Below are positions 50,156-60,643 of a stretch of DNA of 64,000 nucleotides, piece by piece (the first letter of the stretch is position 1; each line of letters starts with the position of its first letter). The position numbers and the translations under genes are program-made. The DNA is taken from positions 1,184,001 through 1,248,000 of the forward strand of contig CAWJET010000002.1 in the NCBI GenBank assembly GCA_963842085.1, written 5' to 3'. Origin of the DNA: an uncultured delta proteobacterium (GTDB taxonomy: Bacteria > Desulfobacterota > Binatia > Binatales > Binataceae). The notes below the pieces were generated by a model. The model saw nothing but the letters and a program-made list of their open reading frames with translations, did not search any database and had not been told where the DNA came from.

Positions 50156-51604
50156 GGTGATGTCCCGAGCGTCGTTGAATTTGACGGCAGCAGCGGCAGT
50201 TCGCATTCCTACGCAGCCTCCTCAGTTGCGTCAAGCTTCGAAAGGTCTGCTCGCAATGCGCGCTTAAGCAGCGAGAGATGACGATAGCCCCGGATCCGTC
50301 TGAAGTGCTCCTCGGCCTGCAGCAGACCGACCGCGGCCCAGCGGCTGATCATGTCGCCCGAACGCCAGCGGGTCACATTACGGCTGGTGCGACGCGCTGA
50401 ACCGATCAGATTCTCGATCGCGTTGGTAGTGACCAGGAAGCCTCGCAGCGGCGCCGGCAGCTCCAGTTTCAAGACCGTGAGCGTTTCCTCCATTCCTTCG
50501 CGCAGACTGGCCGCGGCGCCGTTCTCGCCATTGCGTTCCAGCCACTGCAGCAGCGGCTTCAGTCGGCGCCGCGCCAGCTCGGCCGAATCGCTGGCCCAGG
50601 CGGCTGAGAGTGCACGGGCGACGTGGGCCTTGCGGCTTTGCGGCAAGTGATCGAGCACGTTGCGCTTCTTATGAACCTGACATCTTTGCACCACCACCAG
50701 ATCGCCGAAGACATCAGTCAGTGCCTTGCGGATGCCGCGCCCGCCATCGATCACACACAGGGTGCGGCCCTCTACCTTGAGTCCGCGCTCGAGGAGGTTC
50801 TGCAGCAGCGCGGTTGAGAGCGCGGCGTTCTCGGTCGACCCTAGCCACAGGCCCAGCACTACTTTGCGCCCGTCCGCCAAGATCCTCAGCGCCACCACCA
50901 CCGTGCGTCGGGCGACCTCCACCCCGTCGAGCATCAGCACCAGCAGATCGAGCTGGTCGAGCCGGCGGGTAAGCTGCTCGCGCAGCTGGTCGGTCATCCG
51001 TGCGATCAGGTGGCGGCTCGCCGCACTCTTGCTCGTCCCCCGCGCCGCTACGCCCACCGGCGGCGGCTCCAGGCTCTTCTCATAACCGCGGGTCGAGACT
51101 CCGAGCAGGATCTGATTGAGTACTCGCGCGGGCACCGGATCGATACGCTGGAAGTGCTCGACCGTGGGCAGCTGCTCCTCGCCGCCCACGAGGTTGCGTA
51201 CCCGCGGGCGGTTGACCACAATCCGCCGCCCACCGAATGGCAGTTCGGCCGGCGCCGAGCCCCAGCGATAATGTGAACGCTCCTTCGAATGCTTGCCCTT
51301 CGGACCGGCGAGCTGCTCGGCGTCACGTTCGAACAGTTCGCCCAGTGCGCTCAGTCCCACTTGCTGGACCCACTCCAACAGCGCCTGTTTGCTGCGCGCC
51401 ATCCCCTCGATCATCGGCAGCAACAGCTGCTGCGCGCTTAACAGCAGGCCCCCACCGGCTTGCTTAGCCTCCCGGCTCTTTGCTCTGTTCCTCATCGGCG
51501 GCTCCTTTCCCCCTCGGGGACGGTGTTGTTGGCACGACCCATTCTCAGGCCGGCCTGGAGCCGCCGCTACCTATTCAAATTTCAACATTCGGGGGGACAT
51601 CGCC
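50156..51604 (-). mobile_element. IS256-family insertion sequence
   Basis: Imperfect terminal IRs GGTGATGTCCC..GTTGAATTTGA / TCAAATTTCAAC..GGGACATCGCC around the transposase; no target duplication seen. Confidence 0.85.
50209..51495 (-). CDS. IS256-family (Mutator) transposase
   Basis: GVSTR, MLDG, CVIDGGRG, QRCQVHKKRN, TTNAIENL, FRRIRGY. Confidence 0.93.
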   Translation of the reverse strand: MRNRAKSREAKQAGGGLLLSAQQLLLPMIEGMARSKQALLEWVQQVGLSALGELFERDAEQLAGPKGKHSKERSHYRWGSAPAELPFGGRRIVVNRPRVRNLVGGEEQLPTVEHFQRIDPVPARVLNQILLGVSTRGYEKSLEPPPVGVAARGTSKSAASRHLIARMTDQLREQLTRRLDQLDLLVLMLDGVEVARRTVVVALRILADGRKVVLGLWLGSTENAALSTALLQNLLERGLKVEGRTLCVIDGGRGIRKALTDVFGDLVVVQRCQVHKKRNVLDHLPQSRKAHVARALSAAWASDSAELARRRLKPLLQWLERNGENGAAASLREGMEETLTVLKLELPAPLRGFLVTTNAIENLIGSARRTSRNVTRWRSGDMISRWAAVGLLQAEEHFRRIRGYRHLSLLKRALRADLSKLDATEEAA

Positions 51605-52654
51605 GAAGCTCACATTAACATCGACTATCTCTGGCGCGGCAACCACCTGGCCCTGACGCGCCGCTTGGAGTCGTTGAATTTCGTGGAGCGAGTTGTCTCG
51701 CGACTGTTGAATTTTGGCTCGAAAACGAAAAGCGAGCGCTACGGCTTCCTTAAGGCATGTGAATGCGCGAACCGCCGCTTGGATGTCCGTGCTATGTTCG
51801 CCTTCGGCTCCACCCGTTTCGGCGGTTTCGGCAGGCGTTTGACTAGACTTAGCCTTGTTCGCCGCCAGCGAGGCCTCGCGCAAGCGGTCATTTAGGTGCT
51901 TCACCAAAATTAATTCAGAGGAACTCAGTCCTCCAGACACCCGTAAGAATTCTCTAGTGAGAGCTAGTCGTGATTCCTCTACGGTACCATCGTCAAGCTT
52001 ACTCTCGGTCGTAGCCCGCATGTTGCTGTTGGTGCGCGCTTTCTCTTTCTCTTTCAGAAACTCCATAATTTCCGGGAGTTTATCAAACCGTTGACCCGTC
52101 TCGCCGCTTATGAACTTGAGGTGGTTAAAGAGCTCGCTTAAAGACAGATTGCCGAGCGATTCTGGAGTGACCAGAAGAGCCGATATGACCTTGTCGATAC
52201 GATCGAGCAGCCACGCGTCTTTGATCCAGCGTTCGGCGAAGTATTCCTGGACCGTGCCTTCGGGCCTCAAATCAGCCAACGCCCCGTCCACAAATTCGGA
52301 AAATTGCTGCGGGTCCTCGCCTTCAATTAAAGCAAATTTCCCAAGCAACCCATGCTTGAAAGATTTCGTAGCCGGGCTCACTCTATCAGCATCCGAGCGT
52401 GGTTCGGTGCTGCCGTCGGCGTTTTGAAAATTCGCTGCGGTCGGCTGCGAAGCCGCCACTTTCATCTTCTCGTCTGACGCTTCCTCCCGGGCGTCTAGCT
52501 TCGGTTCTTCGCGGAGAATATCATCCATGCTGAAACGTGCTGCGGCATTCTCGTTCACCAGATAATCATCTTGCTTCTGTTCGTCAGTCATTATTCTATC
52601 TCCTATATGGCGCGCCATCGCGCGCTCTCGTTTTAGTGTGTGAGGATTCCACAC
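51575..52654 (-). CDS. Hypothetical protein of the STGPRT/KHGL family; C-terminus truncated by IS256
   Basis: Paralog of 52850-53635 (KHGLLG..GEDP..FSEF..ADL.P.G); the last codons read into the IS256 IR after position 51605. Confidence 0.65.
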   Translation of the reverse strand: MWNPHTLKRERAMARHIGDRIMTDEQKQDDYLVNENAAARFSMDDILREEPKLDAREEASDEKMKVAASQPTAANFQNADGSTEPRSDADRVSPATKSFKHGLLGKFALIEGEDPQQFSEFVDGALADLRPEGTVQEYFAERWIKDAWLLDRIDKVISALLVTPESLGNLSLSELFNHLKFISGETGQRFDKLPEIMEFLKEKEKARTNSNMRATTESKLDDGTVEESRLALTREFLRVSGGLSSSELILVKHLNDRLREASLAANKAKSSQTPAETAETGGAEGEHSTDIQAAVRAFTCLKEAVALAFRFRAKIQQSRDNSLHEIQRLQAARQGQVVAAPEIVDVNVSFGDVPPNVEI

Positions 52655-52849
52655 GCCCGCTCAGGAAGCTCCTGACCCGGTCGGCGCTTGAGTTAAAACT
52701 TGCTACGCGATCGACCTTGATGATCTTCGATAGAGCGACCCGCGGTCAGTGATCATTGGCTTCGTTTGGTAATTTTGCCTCAAATTTCGATCCTCCGCTT
52801 TCTCCTTGAAAGTCGCGTTAACCTCGACAACTTCCGGCAGGGCAACCAG

Positions 52850-53635
52850 TTAGCCTTGGCGCTCGGCTTGGAGCCGTTGAAGCCGGTGGAGCGCGTCGCC
52901 GAGCGACCGTTCAATTTTGGTTCGATAACGTAATTCGAGAGCCGCGGCCGCTCGATTGAGCACAAACGCACGCGCTATCGTGTTGATGGACGCTTCGGTG
53001 GAAGCGGCGCTACGTTCGTCTTCGGCAGATGTTTGAATAGACTGAGCTTTGTTCGCCGCCGACGCCGCTATGAAACGGGCAATCATGTGTTTGACTAGGA
53101 TTGATTGGACGGAGTTCCATTCGTCTCCTAGCCTTGCGAGCTTCTCGGCGCTCGCCAAATGAGACTCCCACACGGAGCCTGCGTCGAGTTCATTCTGCGC
53201 CAGAGTCTGCATATTGCGCTCAATGTCAACGAGAAATTTTAATGTCTCTGGAAGCTCGTCAAACCGTCGACCGCTATCATCACAAAAGAATCTGAAGACC
53301 TCTAACATCTCGAATACGGAAAGTTCATCAAGCGATTCCTGATTCACCAGTAAGGCCGATTCGCCATTATCGAGACGATCGATCCGCCACATGTCTTTGA
53401 TCAAGCGATCGACCAAGCTCTCTTCGACCATGCCCCGAGGCTTCAGGTCAGCGCGCATCGCCTGCGCAAATTCGGAAAACTCGTGCGGGTCCTCGCCTGG
53501 AACTGGATCGAATTCCCCAAGCAGCCCGTGCTTTGCAGAGTTCATAGCCGACCTCGCTTTTCCTGCGTCCGTACGAGGACCGGTGCTACGCTTTGCGTTC
53601 CTCCGGTTCGCCGCGATTTGTTTTCTTGTTGCCAT
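52850..53635 (-). CDS. Hypothetical protein, 'QIAANRRNA..STGPRT..GK..S..N..KHGL' family (premature TAA likely)
   Basis: Conserved N-terminal motif; homology to the paralog continues past the TAA (LVALPEVVEVN vs QVVAAPEIVDVN) to a TAG at 52703. Confidence 0.7.
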   Translation of the reverse strand: MATRKQIAANRRNAKRSTGPRTDAGKARSAMNSAKHGLLGEFDPVPGEDPHEFSEFAQAMRADLKPRGMVEESLVDRLIKDMWRIDRLDNGESALLVNQESLDELSVFEMLEVFRFFCDDSGRRFDELPETLKFLVDIERNMQTLAQNELDAGSVWESHLASAEKLARLGDEWNSVQSILVKHMIARFIAASAANKAQSIQTSAEDERSAASTEASINTIARAFVLNRAAAALELRYRTKIERSLGDALHRLQRLQAERQG

Positions 53636-53725
53636 TTGTTCATGTTTCCGGCCAACGATGTCACCGATGCCCCTTTTGATCCTCCAGCAGACCGGAAGCC
53701 TCGGTCAGAGCGAGCGCCACGACCG

Positions 53726-54115
53726 TCAATCTTCGGAGTCCTCCTCCTCGTCCGTAGTGTTGCTGCTCGCTGCTAGGTCTTCTTCGACGCGACGAAATTC
53801 TAGTTCGCCGCTTCGCGCGTCGTTGACCTCCCGGGCGATCCGCTTCGGTGTTATCCGCGGCCATCCGTTGATGCTGCTGGCCTTGAGGAGGCCCAAGGCT
53901 TCACCGTTATCAATGAGGAGCAAATTAAAGTCGAGGAGCATTTCGTTCAAATCAGAAATGAAACGCTGATCGAGTCGCCGGCGTCCCGTTATGCGCTTCA
54001 GAGTCTTTTCCGAAACCCGATTGCGAACCAGATCCTTTCCCAATTCACGCTCCTTTCGCCTGACCATTAAAGCGACGAGCAGCGCCGCCTCCCTTACTGT
54101 TGGCAATTCTCGCAT
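53726..54115 (-). CDS. Hypothetical protein with acidic tail
   Basis: 129-aa ORF, AAGGAA RBS, AT-rich upstream region, DEEEDSED tail. Confidence 0.6.
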   Translation of the reverse strand: MRELPTVREAALLVALMVRRKERELGKDLVRNRVSEKTLKRITGRRRLDQRFISDLNEMLLDFNLLLIDNGEALGLLKASSINGWPRITPKRIAREVNDARSGELEFRRVEEDLAASSNTTDEEEDSED

Positions 54116-54509
54116 TTCAGAGTTTCCTTTTCAAGGGTTGTTGATCATATTTCTTGATTGAAAATAAATGATCACTAGCTGTTTCTGATTATTTATACCA
54201 CCGAATCAACCTGATGCAAGAGTCGTCGCCGACAGCTCGCGACGAGACTCGACTTCAAGCGATGGTCCGATGATGTAGTCGCTCAATCGGAGGAATGATT
54301 GGCCGCTGGCGGCAGTAAGCTTGAGGAATTGCCCGCAATTCACTGCAAAGTTATTAGTCTTTTCTGCTGAAATTCCCGGGTAGGGCCGCGCAATGTAAAT
54401 TCGATTTGCCCATTTCCTGTTCCCGGAATTCGTTGCTGGGCGCACACCCTCTTAGGCAATGGTTGCGATCGATTCGCGATATCCAACGGTCCAGGTTTAC
54501 TTCTCCAGC

Positions 54510-54884
54510 TCAAATCGCAATCTTGAGCGCTATCTCCTCAAAGACCACCTGCGGCACTTTGACCTTGCATTTGCCATGAGGCTTTTTAAAGATTCGCACT
54601 AGGCCATGTCGCTCCAAAATCCGAATATCCTCTTGCACATTCTTGAAGTTCCGTTCGACCATTTTCGCAAGCTCATAGAGCGATGCCGGATGCCGGGTTC
54701 GAATCGGTCGCATAAGCGAGAGCCGCTCACGCGTCAGGAAGTTTCGGGCCGCTTCGATGCTTGTGAAGCCGACTTCATCACGCGATTTCTTTGATATTCA
54801 ACCCGTTCGGACACCGTCATAGGTTTTGGCGAAATCGTCTGCTACTTCGTTTAGTGACTTGATCGAAAAGGTAACTGTCTTCAT
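54510..54884 (-). pseudogene. HVO_A0114-like winged-HTH regulator/antitoxin with in-frame nonsense codon
   Basis: MKTVTFSIKS...RTG*ISKKSRDEVGFTSIEAARNFLTRERL...PASLYELAKMVERNFKNVQEDIRILERHGLV; TGA at 54798-54800; upstream remnant EEPYSFVTARQLAADFL resembles the C-terminus of a DUF6516/TumE partner. Confidence 0.65.
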
Positions 54885-55085
54885 TTTGTTTCTCCTGCCA
54901 ATGCGGTCGCTTGAGCAAGGAAATCTGCGGCGAGCTGTCTCGCCGTTACAAAGGAATAAGGCTCCTCGGATTAGGCGCGCACCGGCACACTGAGCTCGCG
55001 CAACGCGAGGTGCCGAAAAGGCGATGTCTGCGCGAATATCGACGTACCGCGCCGATGCACTCTTGCAGATTAGACCGGAGCCAAC

Positions 55086-55513
55086 TCAACCAGCCGGAGC
55101 CAACTCAACCAGCTGAATGGTACGGCTGGTCCTTTTCTGGTAGTCCGCGTATGCGGGGTACATGGCAACCAGCCTGGGCCACATCTCTTGTCTTTCTTCA
55201 GGTGCGAGGGTGCTCGCGCGATAGGCGCCGCGCACCCACCGTCGCTCTACTGTCACCTCGGGATTCGCCACCAGGTTCAAATGCCAATCAGGGGCCTTGT
55301 CGCTGCCGCCGAATGACGCCACCACATAGAGCTTGCCGTCGCGCTCCAGGTACAGCAGCGGCTTGGAGATCTCGCGCCCGCTCTTGCGCCCGCGCACCGT
55401 GAGCACCAAGGTATTCCAGTTCAGAGGCGACCATCCGTCGACTAATCGATAGAACGCCCATGCATGCTGCTGAACCATCGCGAGAACGCCAGCGTCATCG
55501 GATCTGTCTTCAT
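55086..55513 (-). CDS. Deazaflavin (F420)-dependent nitroreductase (Ddn) family; probable frameshift near the 5' end
   Basis: LTVRGRKSG, VASFGGSDKAPDWHLNLVANP, YADYQKRTSRTI; the likely N-terminus MKTDPMTLAFSRWFSSMH is in another frame. Confidence 0.75.
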
Positions 55514-55550
55514 GCTCGCACTCCCGATTGCAGGCCGCGGAGGACTCTGC

Positions 55551-55855
55551 TTGGAGGTCGGAGAGCATTGGTCAAATTGTGGGTGGTCGTGATCGACCGG
55601 CAGCCGTACGTCCGCTCTGCGATCGCGCATTACGGACGTATTCAGAAGAACACTACAGCCCTTACGTGAAGTTGAAGGCGGCGGACTAGGAATTCGACAA
55701 GGTGAAGGTGGAAGAGATGCCGGACATGAAGGAAAAGGTCGCCGCCGCGATGGCAGACAAGTACTGGATGGACGTCCTCATCCGGCACGAGTCGCATCCC
55801 GATGGTCGCGCGCCTGGTTCCAGAGTCGCCTTCATCCGAGACGTCATCACACTGA
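55551..55855 (+). pseudogene. Degraded split-barrel (DUF2255/PPOX-like) gene
   Basis: Fragments EHW / LWVVVIDRQPYVR / GRIQKN / YVKLK..*..AAAMADKYW / HPMVARL spread across frames, with a TAG. Confidence 0.45.
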
Positions 55856-55947
55856 TTGCTATTCCAGATTTCGCCGTTCTGGCCGCCAGGATCCTTGGGC
55901 GGCACGGTGTGCAGCGGATGGCAGCGCACCGTCAGCGATTCGCAAAG

Positions 55948-57123
55948 TCAATCGTGATCGTGCTCGCGTCTTACCTGACGCTCGGCTGAATCGAGGTCGG
56001 CCTTCGGCAGACCAAACCGATTCATCATCCGGTAAACTGTGTAGCGCGATACGCCCAGTAACTCGGAAGCGCGCCGGCAATTCCCCTCGGTCGCCTGCAG
56101 CGCGCGAATCAGTGCGAGCTTCGAGGCCTCGCGGATTACGGCGTCGAGCGAGTAAGGCCAATCCTTCCCCACGCCATTGACGCCGCCCTCGACGAGGTCG
56201 AGTGCGCCATTTGGCAGCATCAAATCGACGGGCAAGCCAGTCGGCTCGCAGGCGGCATTTTCATGGTGAAGGGGCAGATCGTCGAGATCGATACGGTCGC
56301 TTTCGTTCATCAGAACCGCGTTCTCGATTACATGCCCGAGCTCGCGGACGTTACCAAGCCACTCATTGGCGCACACTGCGTCCATGGCGGCGCGCGAGAC
56401 GAATTTCACGTCTTTGCCGAACAGGCGGTTGAAATGCTCGATAAAATGAGCGACGAAGGCGGGAATTGCCTCGCGCCGTTCGCGAAGGGGAGGAACCAGG
56501 ATTGCCGGGGAGTTGAGCCGATAGTAGAGATCGTCGCGGAATTGCCCTGCCTTCACCATCGCGCGCAGGTCGCGATTGGTCGCCGCGACCAGCCGAATAT
56601 CAACCGAGTAGCAACGCGACGAACCGACCGGCTGGATCTCGTGTGTCTCGACAGCGTGCAGCAGCTTGGGCTGCAATTGGAGCGGAAGCTCGCCGATTTC
56701 GTCCAAAAACAGTGTTCCGCCATTGGCCGAGCGGAAATAGCCGAGCGAATCCTCGCGCGCATCAGTGAAGGCACCCCGCACATGGCCGAAGAGCTGCGAT
56801 TCGGCCAGCGAGTCCACCAGGTTGGAGCAATTGAAGGTCACGAAGGGGCCGCCCGCGGCCGAGCCCAGCGTGTGCAACGCTCGAGCGACCAGCTCTTTGC
56901 CGGTCCCGGACTCGCCGTGAATCAGGACGGTCGTCTTATACGAACTCAAGCGTGTGATGGTTTTCAGTACCTTGCGCAGTTGCGCAGACCGCACGACCAT
57001 TCCGCCAAACCGTTCCGACCCCTGCGCAAGATGCTCCAGGCTCAACCATTCGCACGCGGCCGCCGTCGGCTCGGCGCGAAGATTATTCATCGCAGCCGCG
57101 ACCAGCAATCCGTTCGCCGACAT
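55948..57123 (-). CDS. Sigma-54-dependent activator (AAA+ plus Fis HTH, no obvious sensory domain)
   Basis: GESGTGKE, ESQLFGHVRGAFTDA, LFLDEIGE, FRDDLYYRL, GNVREL, C-terminal HTH. Confidence 0.9.
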   Translation of the reverse strand: MSANGLLVAAAMNNLRAEPTAAACEWLSLEHLAQGSERFGGMVVRSAQLRKVLKTITRLSSYKTTVLIHGESGTGKELVARALHTLGSAAGGPFVTFNCSNLVDSLAESQLFGHVRGAFTDAREDSLGYFRSANGGTLFLDEIGELPLQLQPKLLHAVETHEIQPVGSSRCYSVDIRLVAATNRDLRAMVKAGQFRDDLYYRLNSPAILVPPLRERREAIPAFVAHFIEHFNRLFGKDVKFVSRAAMDAVCANEWLGNVRELGHVIENAVLMNESDRIDLDDLPLHHENAACEPTGLPVDLMLPNGALDLVEGGVNGVGKDWPYSLDAVIREASKLALIRALQATEGNCRRASELLGVSRYTVYRMMNRFGLPKADLDSAERQVRREHDHD

Positions 57124-57389
57124 CGTAGTCTCCCTGGCGTCCCAAATCGTATCTCTTCCTTCAGGTGCAGAAGGCGTGCCATGAACTGCCTCCACAACAA
57201 TGCTCCAAAAAGCGACTGTATTTGCTGGATCTAGCGAAGCTGGCGAACCGATCGAGGGACAAGAAGGCGAACGTTGATCTGATACATTTCCGCAGCTGCC
57301 TCAGAAATGAAGCACCGCTGACGAAGGCCCTTCAGAAGCTCCTCTATCCAAATAGATGCGCACGAGCTAGCAGCGACAGAGGCGAGAGT

Positions 57390-57460
57390 CCTTGATGCCG
57401 GCGAACAGCGCGGTGACGGTCTTGCGCTCACCGTCGCGAGTCTCTGGCCGGGTGATCTCG
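57390..57460 (-). pseudogene. Fragment of a class III adenylate/guanylate cyclase
   Basis: Minus strand ETRDGERKTVTALFAGIK resembles the GERKxVTxLFADI cyclase start; no continuation. Confidence 0.45.
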
Positions 57461-57594
57461 CTGATCATGCTCTACAAGGTCGACCGGTCGCTCCGTCCCC
57501 CAGACGACTTCGCGAAGCCTTGGCGGATATGTTCCAGCAGCCGCAACGCCGAGCGCTCCATGGTCCGTTCGTCCCTGCTTTCGCAGGTGACCAA

Positions 57595-59160
57595 TCAGCG
57601 TAGCCCGTATTCCTTGATCTTGCGCTGAAGCGAGATGCGCGAGATGCCGAGCACGGTTGCGGTGCGCGACACGTTGCCACCGTTGTGGGCGAGCACTTCG
57701 GCGATGTGGCGGGCCTCGAAGCCCGCTCGCGCTTGCCGCAAAAGGGTGCCATCCGGGGCCGGCGTCGCAGAGATTTTGAGGGGCTTCGCTTTCGAATCTG
57801 CCGCCACTCCTCGTAACTCGTCGGACAAATGTTCGGGGCTTATGCTCTCACCGCGGGGCGCGAGAACCACCGCGCGTTCGATCTCATTCTGGAGCTCGCG
57901 GATATTGCCCGGCCAATCGTACTTCTCCAACAGGTCCAGGGCGGCAGGATCAAATTCACGGATCTCCTTCTGCTGGCGCTCGCTTGCGATCGCCAGGAAT
58001 CGAGCCGCGAGCAATGGGATGTCGCGCCGCCGCGCGCGCAGCGGTGGAAGCTGGATCGGGAAAGCAGCGAGGCGGTAGTAAAGATCGGCGCGAAACGAGC
58101 CCGCCGCGACCGCCGCCTTGAGATCGCGATTGGTCGCAGAGAATACCCTCACGTTGACCTTCTCGGACCGGGTATCGCCGACCGAGATGATCTCTCCGTC
58201 CTGAAGCACGCGCAGCAGCGTCGGCTGCATCGCGAGCGGCATTTCGCCTATCTCGTCGAGAAAAATGATCCCGCCGGAAGCGGCGCGGAAGAACCCAGGC
58301 TGATCGCGGTCTGCGCCGGTAAAGGCGCCGCGGCGATGACCAAACAGCTCGCTCTCAAGCAAGTGCTCAGAAAGCGCGGCGCAGTTGACCGCCAGGAAAG
58401 GCTTGTCGGCCCGCGCGCTCATCCGATGGATCGCGCGCGCGACGTGCTCCTTGCCAGAGCCAGTCTCACCCACGAGCAGTACCGAGATCGGTGAGACCGC
58501 GGCGCTGTTCATGAGATGGTAAACTTCGGCCATCTCGGGGCTGACGCCGATGATTTCGTCGAGCAGCTCGTGGCGGGCGAGGTCGCGCCGAAGCGCACCC
58601 ACCTCGGTCCGCAGCATTTCCTCGGAGGCCTTTAGCTTGCCGACCCGATCCGCGTTGTGAATCGCCAAGGCGACGCTGTCCGCCAGCGCCTCCAACAGGG
58701 CCAGATCGTTGTCCGAGAACGCTTCCCTCCCCAGCGGGTTCACCGCCTCGATCACGCCCAGGCGAATCTCGTTAGCGACCAGCGGAGCCGCGAGCACCGA
58801 ACGGGTGGTGAGGCCGGTCTTCTTGTCGACGCCGGAATAGAAGTGGCTGTCGGTGGAAACGTTGTCGATTCTCACCGAGCGGCCGGTCTGGAAGACCTCG
58901 CCTGCTATCCCCTTGCCGACCGGCACGCGCACACGAGCGAGGCGTTTTGCAACCTTGGGGTCGCGATCGGAGAAGTACGGGAAATATAGTTCCTGGCTCT
59001 CGGCGTCGAGCAGCATTACCGAGACGCCATCTGCGTCCAGCACTTCGCGGCACTTGCTCGTCACCAGCTCGATCAGTGGGACGAGCTCAAGACGGCTCGC
59101 AAAGGCATTGCCCAGTTCGTAAATCAGCCGGTAGGGCAGACTGCCCTTGGGACTCTCCAT
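57595..59160 (-). CDS. GAF-domain sigma-54-dependent Fis-family activator
   Basis: GAF ([20 protein letters not shown]), [31 protein letters not shown]. Confidence 0.93.
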   Translation of the reverse strand: MESPKGSLPYRLIYELGNAFASRLELVPLIELVTSKCREVLDADGVSVMLLDAESQELYFPYFSDRDPKVAKRLARVRVPVGKGIAGEVFQTGRSVRIDNVSTDSHFYSGVDKKTGLTTRSVLAAPLVANEIRLGVIEAVNPLGREAFSDNDLALLEALADSVALAIHNADRVGKLKASEEMLRTEVGALRRDLARHELLDEIIGVSPEMAEVYHLMNSAAVSPISVLLVGETGSGKEHVARAIHRMSARADKPFLAVNCAALSEHLLESELFGHRRGAFTGADRDQPGFFRAASGGIIFLDEIGEMPLAMQPTLLRVLQDGEIISVGDTRSEKVNVRVFSATNRDLKAAVAAGSFRADLYYRLAAFPIQLPPLRARRRDIPLLAARFLAIASERQQKEIREFDPAALDLLEKYDWPGNIRELQNEIERAVVLAPRGESISPEHLSDELRGVAADSKAKPLKISATPAPDGTLLRQARAGFEARHIAEVLAHNGGNVSRTATVLGISRISLQRKIKEYGLR

Positions 59161-59631
59161 ACTTCAGAGCCGCGCGGCGACGCCGGCCTTCTGGAGCATA
59201 ATACACGAGAGCGCCTTAGGTCATCTAGTTGGGAGCCACGAGGCACGGAGCGCCGGCCTTAGGGAAGCCCTCAGCTGGTCCCTCCAATTTCGGCCCCTTG
59301 GGGCTCAGAGACGATTACGCTGTGTTCGCACCCACTCTAGGGATCCGAGCGCGAACGGTCGCACGTTCCATCGCACGCTGTGCTGACCTGCTCAAGGTGG
59401 GCGGTCGTGCCGTTTTGCTCACCACGTAAAGCGAAATGGGTTCGTTCGGCAAAAAATGGAAAACTACTCTTCGCCAACTATTAGCGTTTGCAAGCTGGCT
59501 TCGACTCAGGTCCGAATGTCGCGTTTGCAAACCGTTTGGCCTTGGTGGGAGTCTGAATCAGGATTCAAAGTGGAAATTCCGATCTAGTCGAGACCGATCA
59601 GAGGAACCGACGGCAAGCAAGGGAGAGCGAC

Positions 59632-60531
59632 ATGGCTCGTATCCACGCAAACGGGATTGATATCGAGTACGAAGAATTTGGCCCGAAAACCGGCACGCCG
59701 GTGCTTCTGATCATGGGACTGGGTGCGCAGCTGACGCGCTGGCCGCTGGAATTTATCGAAATTCTTACGTCGCGAGGATATCGGGTAATTCGCTACGACA
59801 ATCGCGACGTGGGGCTGTCGCAAAAGTTCGACAGCGCGGGACCGGCCGATGTCGTCAAGATGATGGCCGAGATGGCGCAGGGAAAAAAGCCAAGCGTCGC
59901 GTACACGCTGGAGGATATGGCGAACGATGCGGCGGGACTGCTCGACGCGCTTCGGATCGACAAGGCGCATATCGTGGGCGCGTCGTTGGGCGGGGCGATC
60001 GGGCAGCTCGTCGCCGCGAACCATCCAGGGAAAACGCTTTCATTCACCTCAATCATGTCCTCAAGCGGGAACAGCGTGCTTCCTCCGCCAAGGCCCGAAG
60101 CGATGGCCGTGCTCCTGAACCGTCCGCCGGCAGGTGATGTCGAGGCAACCATCGAGGCCGGGGTGAAGGCGTACAAGACGATCGGCAGCCCCGGCTATCC
60201 CACGGACGAAAGTGAAATACGCCGGCGCGTGGCCGAAGACTTCAAGCGATCGAATTATCCCGCGGGCTTTTCCCGGCAGGCGGCCGCCGCGCTGGCAAAC
60301 GGCGATCGGCGCGCGGCGCTCAAACGGATCGAAGCGCCCACGGTCGTCATTCACGGCGCGGACGATCCGCTCGTGCCGATTGAGGGCGGCCGCGATACGG
60401 CGGCGAATATCGCGGGCGCAGAGCTGATCGAAATTCCAGGCATGGGGCATGACCTCCCGGCCGCGCTCTATTCCAGAGTCGTTGACGCAATCGAATCAGT
60501 GGCGAAGCGCGCGCGCGTCGGTACGTCGTAG
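59632..60531 (+). CDS. Alpha/beta hydrolase
   Basis: IMGLGAQL, YDNRDVGLS, GASLGG nucleophile, HGADDPL, GMGHDLP. Confidence 0.92.
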   Translation: MARIHANGIDIEYEEFGPKTGTPVLLIMGLGAQLTRWPLEFIEILTSRGYRVIRYDNRDVGLSQKFDSAGPADVVKMMAEMAQGKKPSVAYTLEDMANDAAGLLDALRIDKAHIVGASLGGAIGQLVAANHPGKTLSFTSIMSSSGNSVLPPPRPEAMAVLLNRPPAGDVEATIEAGVKAYKTIGSPGYPTDESEIRRRVAEDFKRSNYPAGFSRQAAAALANGDRRAALKRIEAPTVVIHGADDPLVPIEGGRDTAANIAGAELIEIPGMGHDLPAALYSRVVDAIESVAKRARVGTS

Positions 60532-60643
60532 GGGGAGGCGAAGTGGCTGCGGCAACCCAGCTGGCATTGGGCTTCCACTTTCTACGCCAATCCGCAAAAC
60601 CATCGGCAAACGGTCCGCGGCTATCTTCAGCCTGCCTACGCGG

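Noticed and set aside
54798-54800. In-frame TGA in the HTH antitoxin-like gene as a second selenocysteine
   Set aside because: Not at a Cys or redox position, no clear hairpin follows, and the region is full of pseudogenes; CGA-to-TGA nonsense is simpler.
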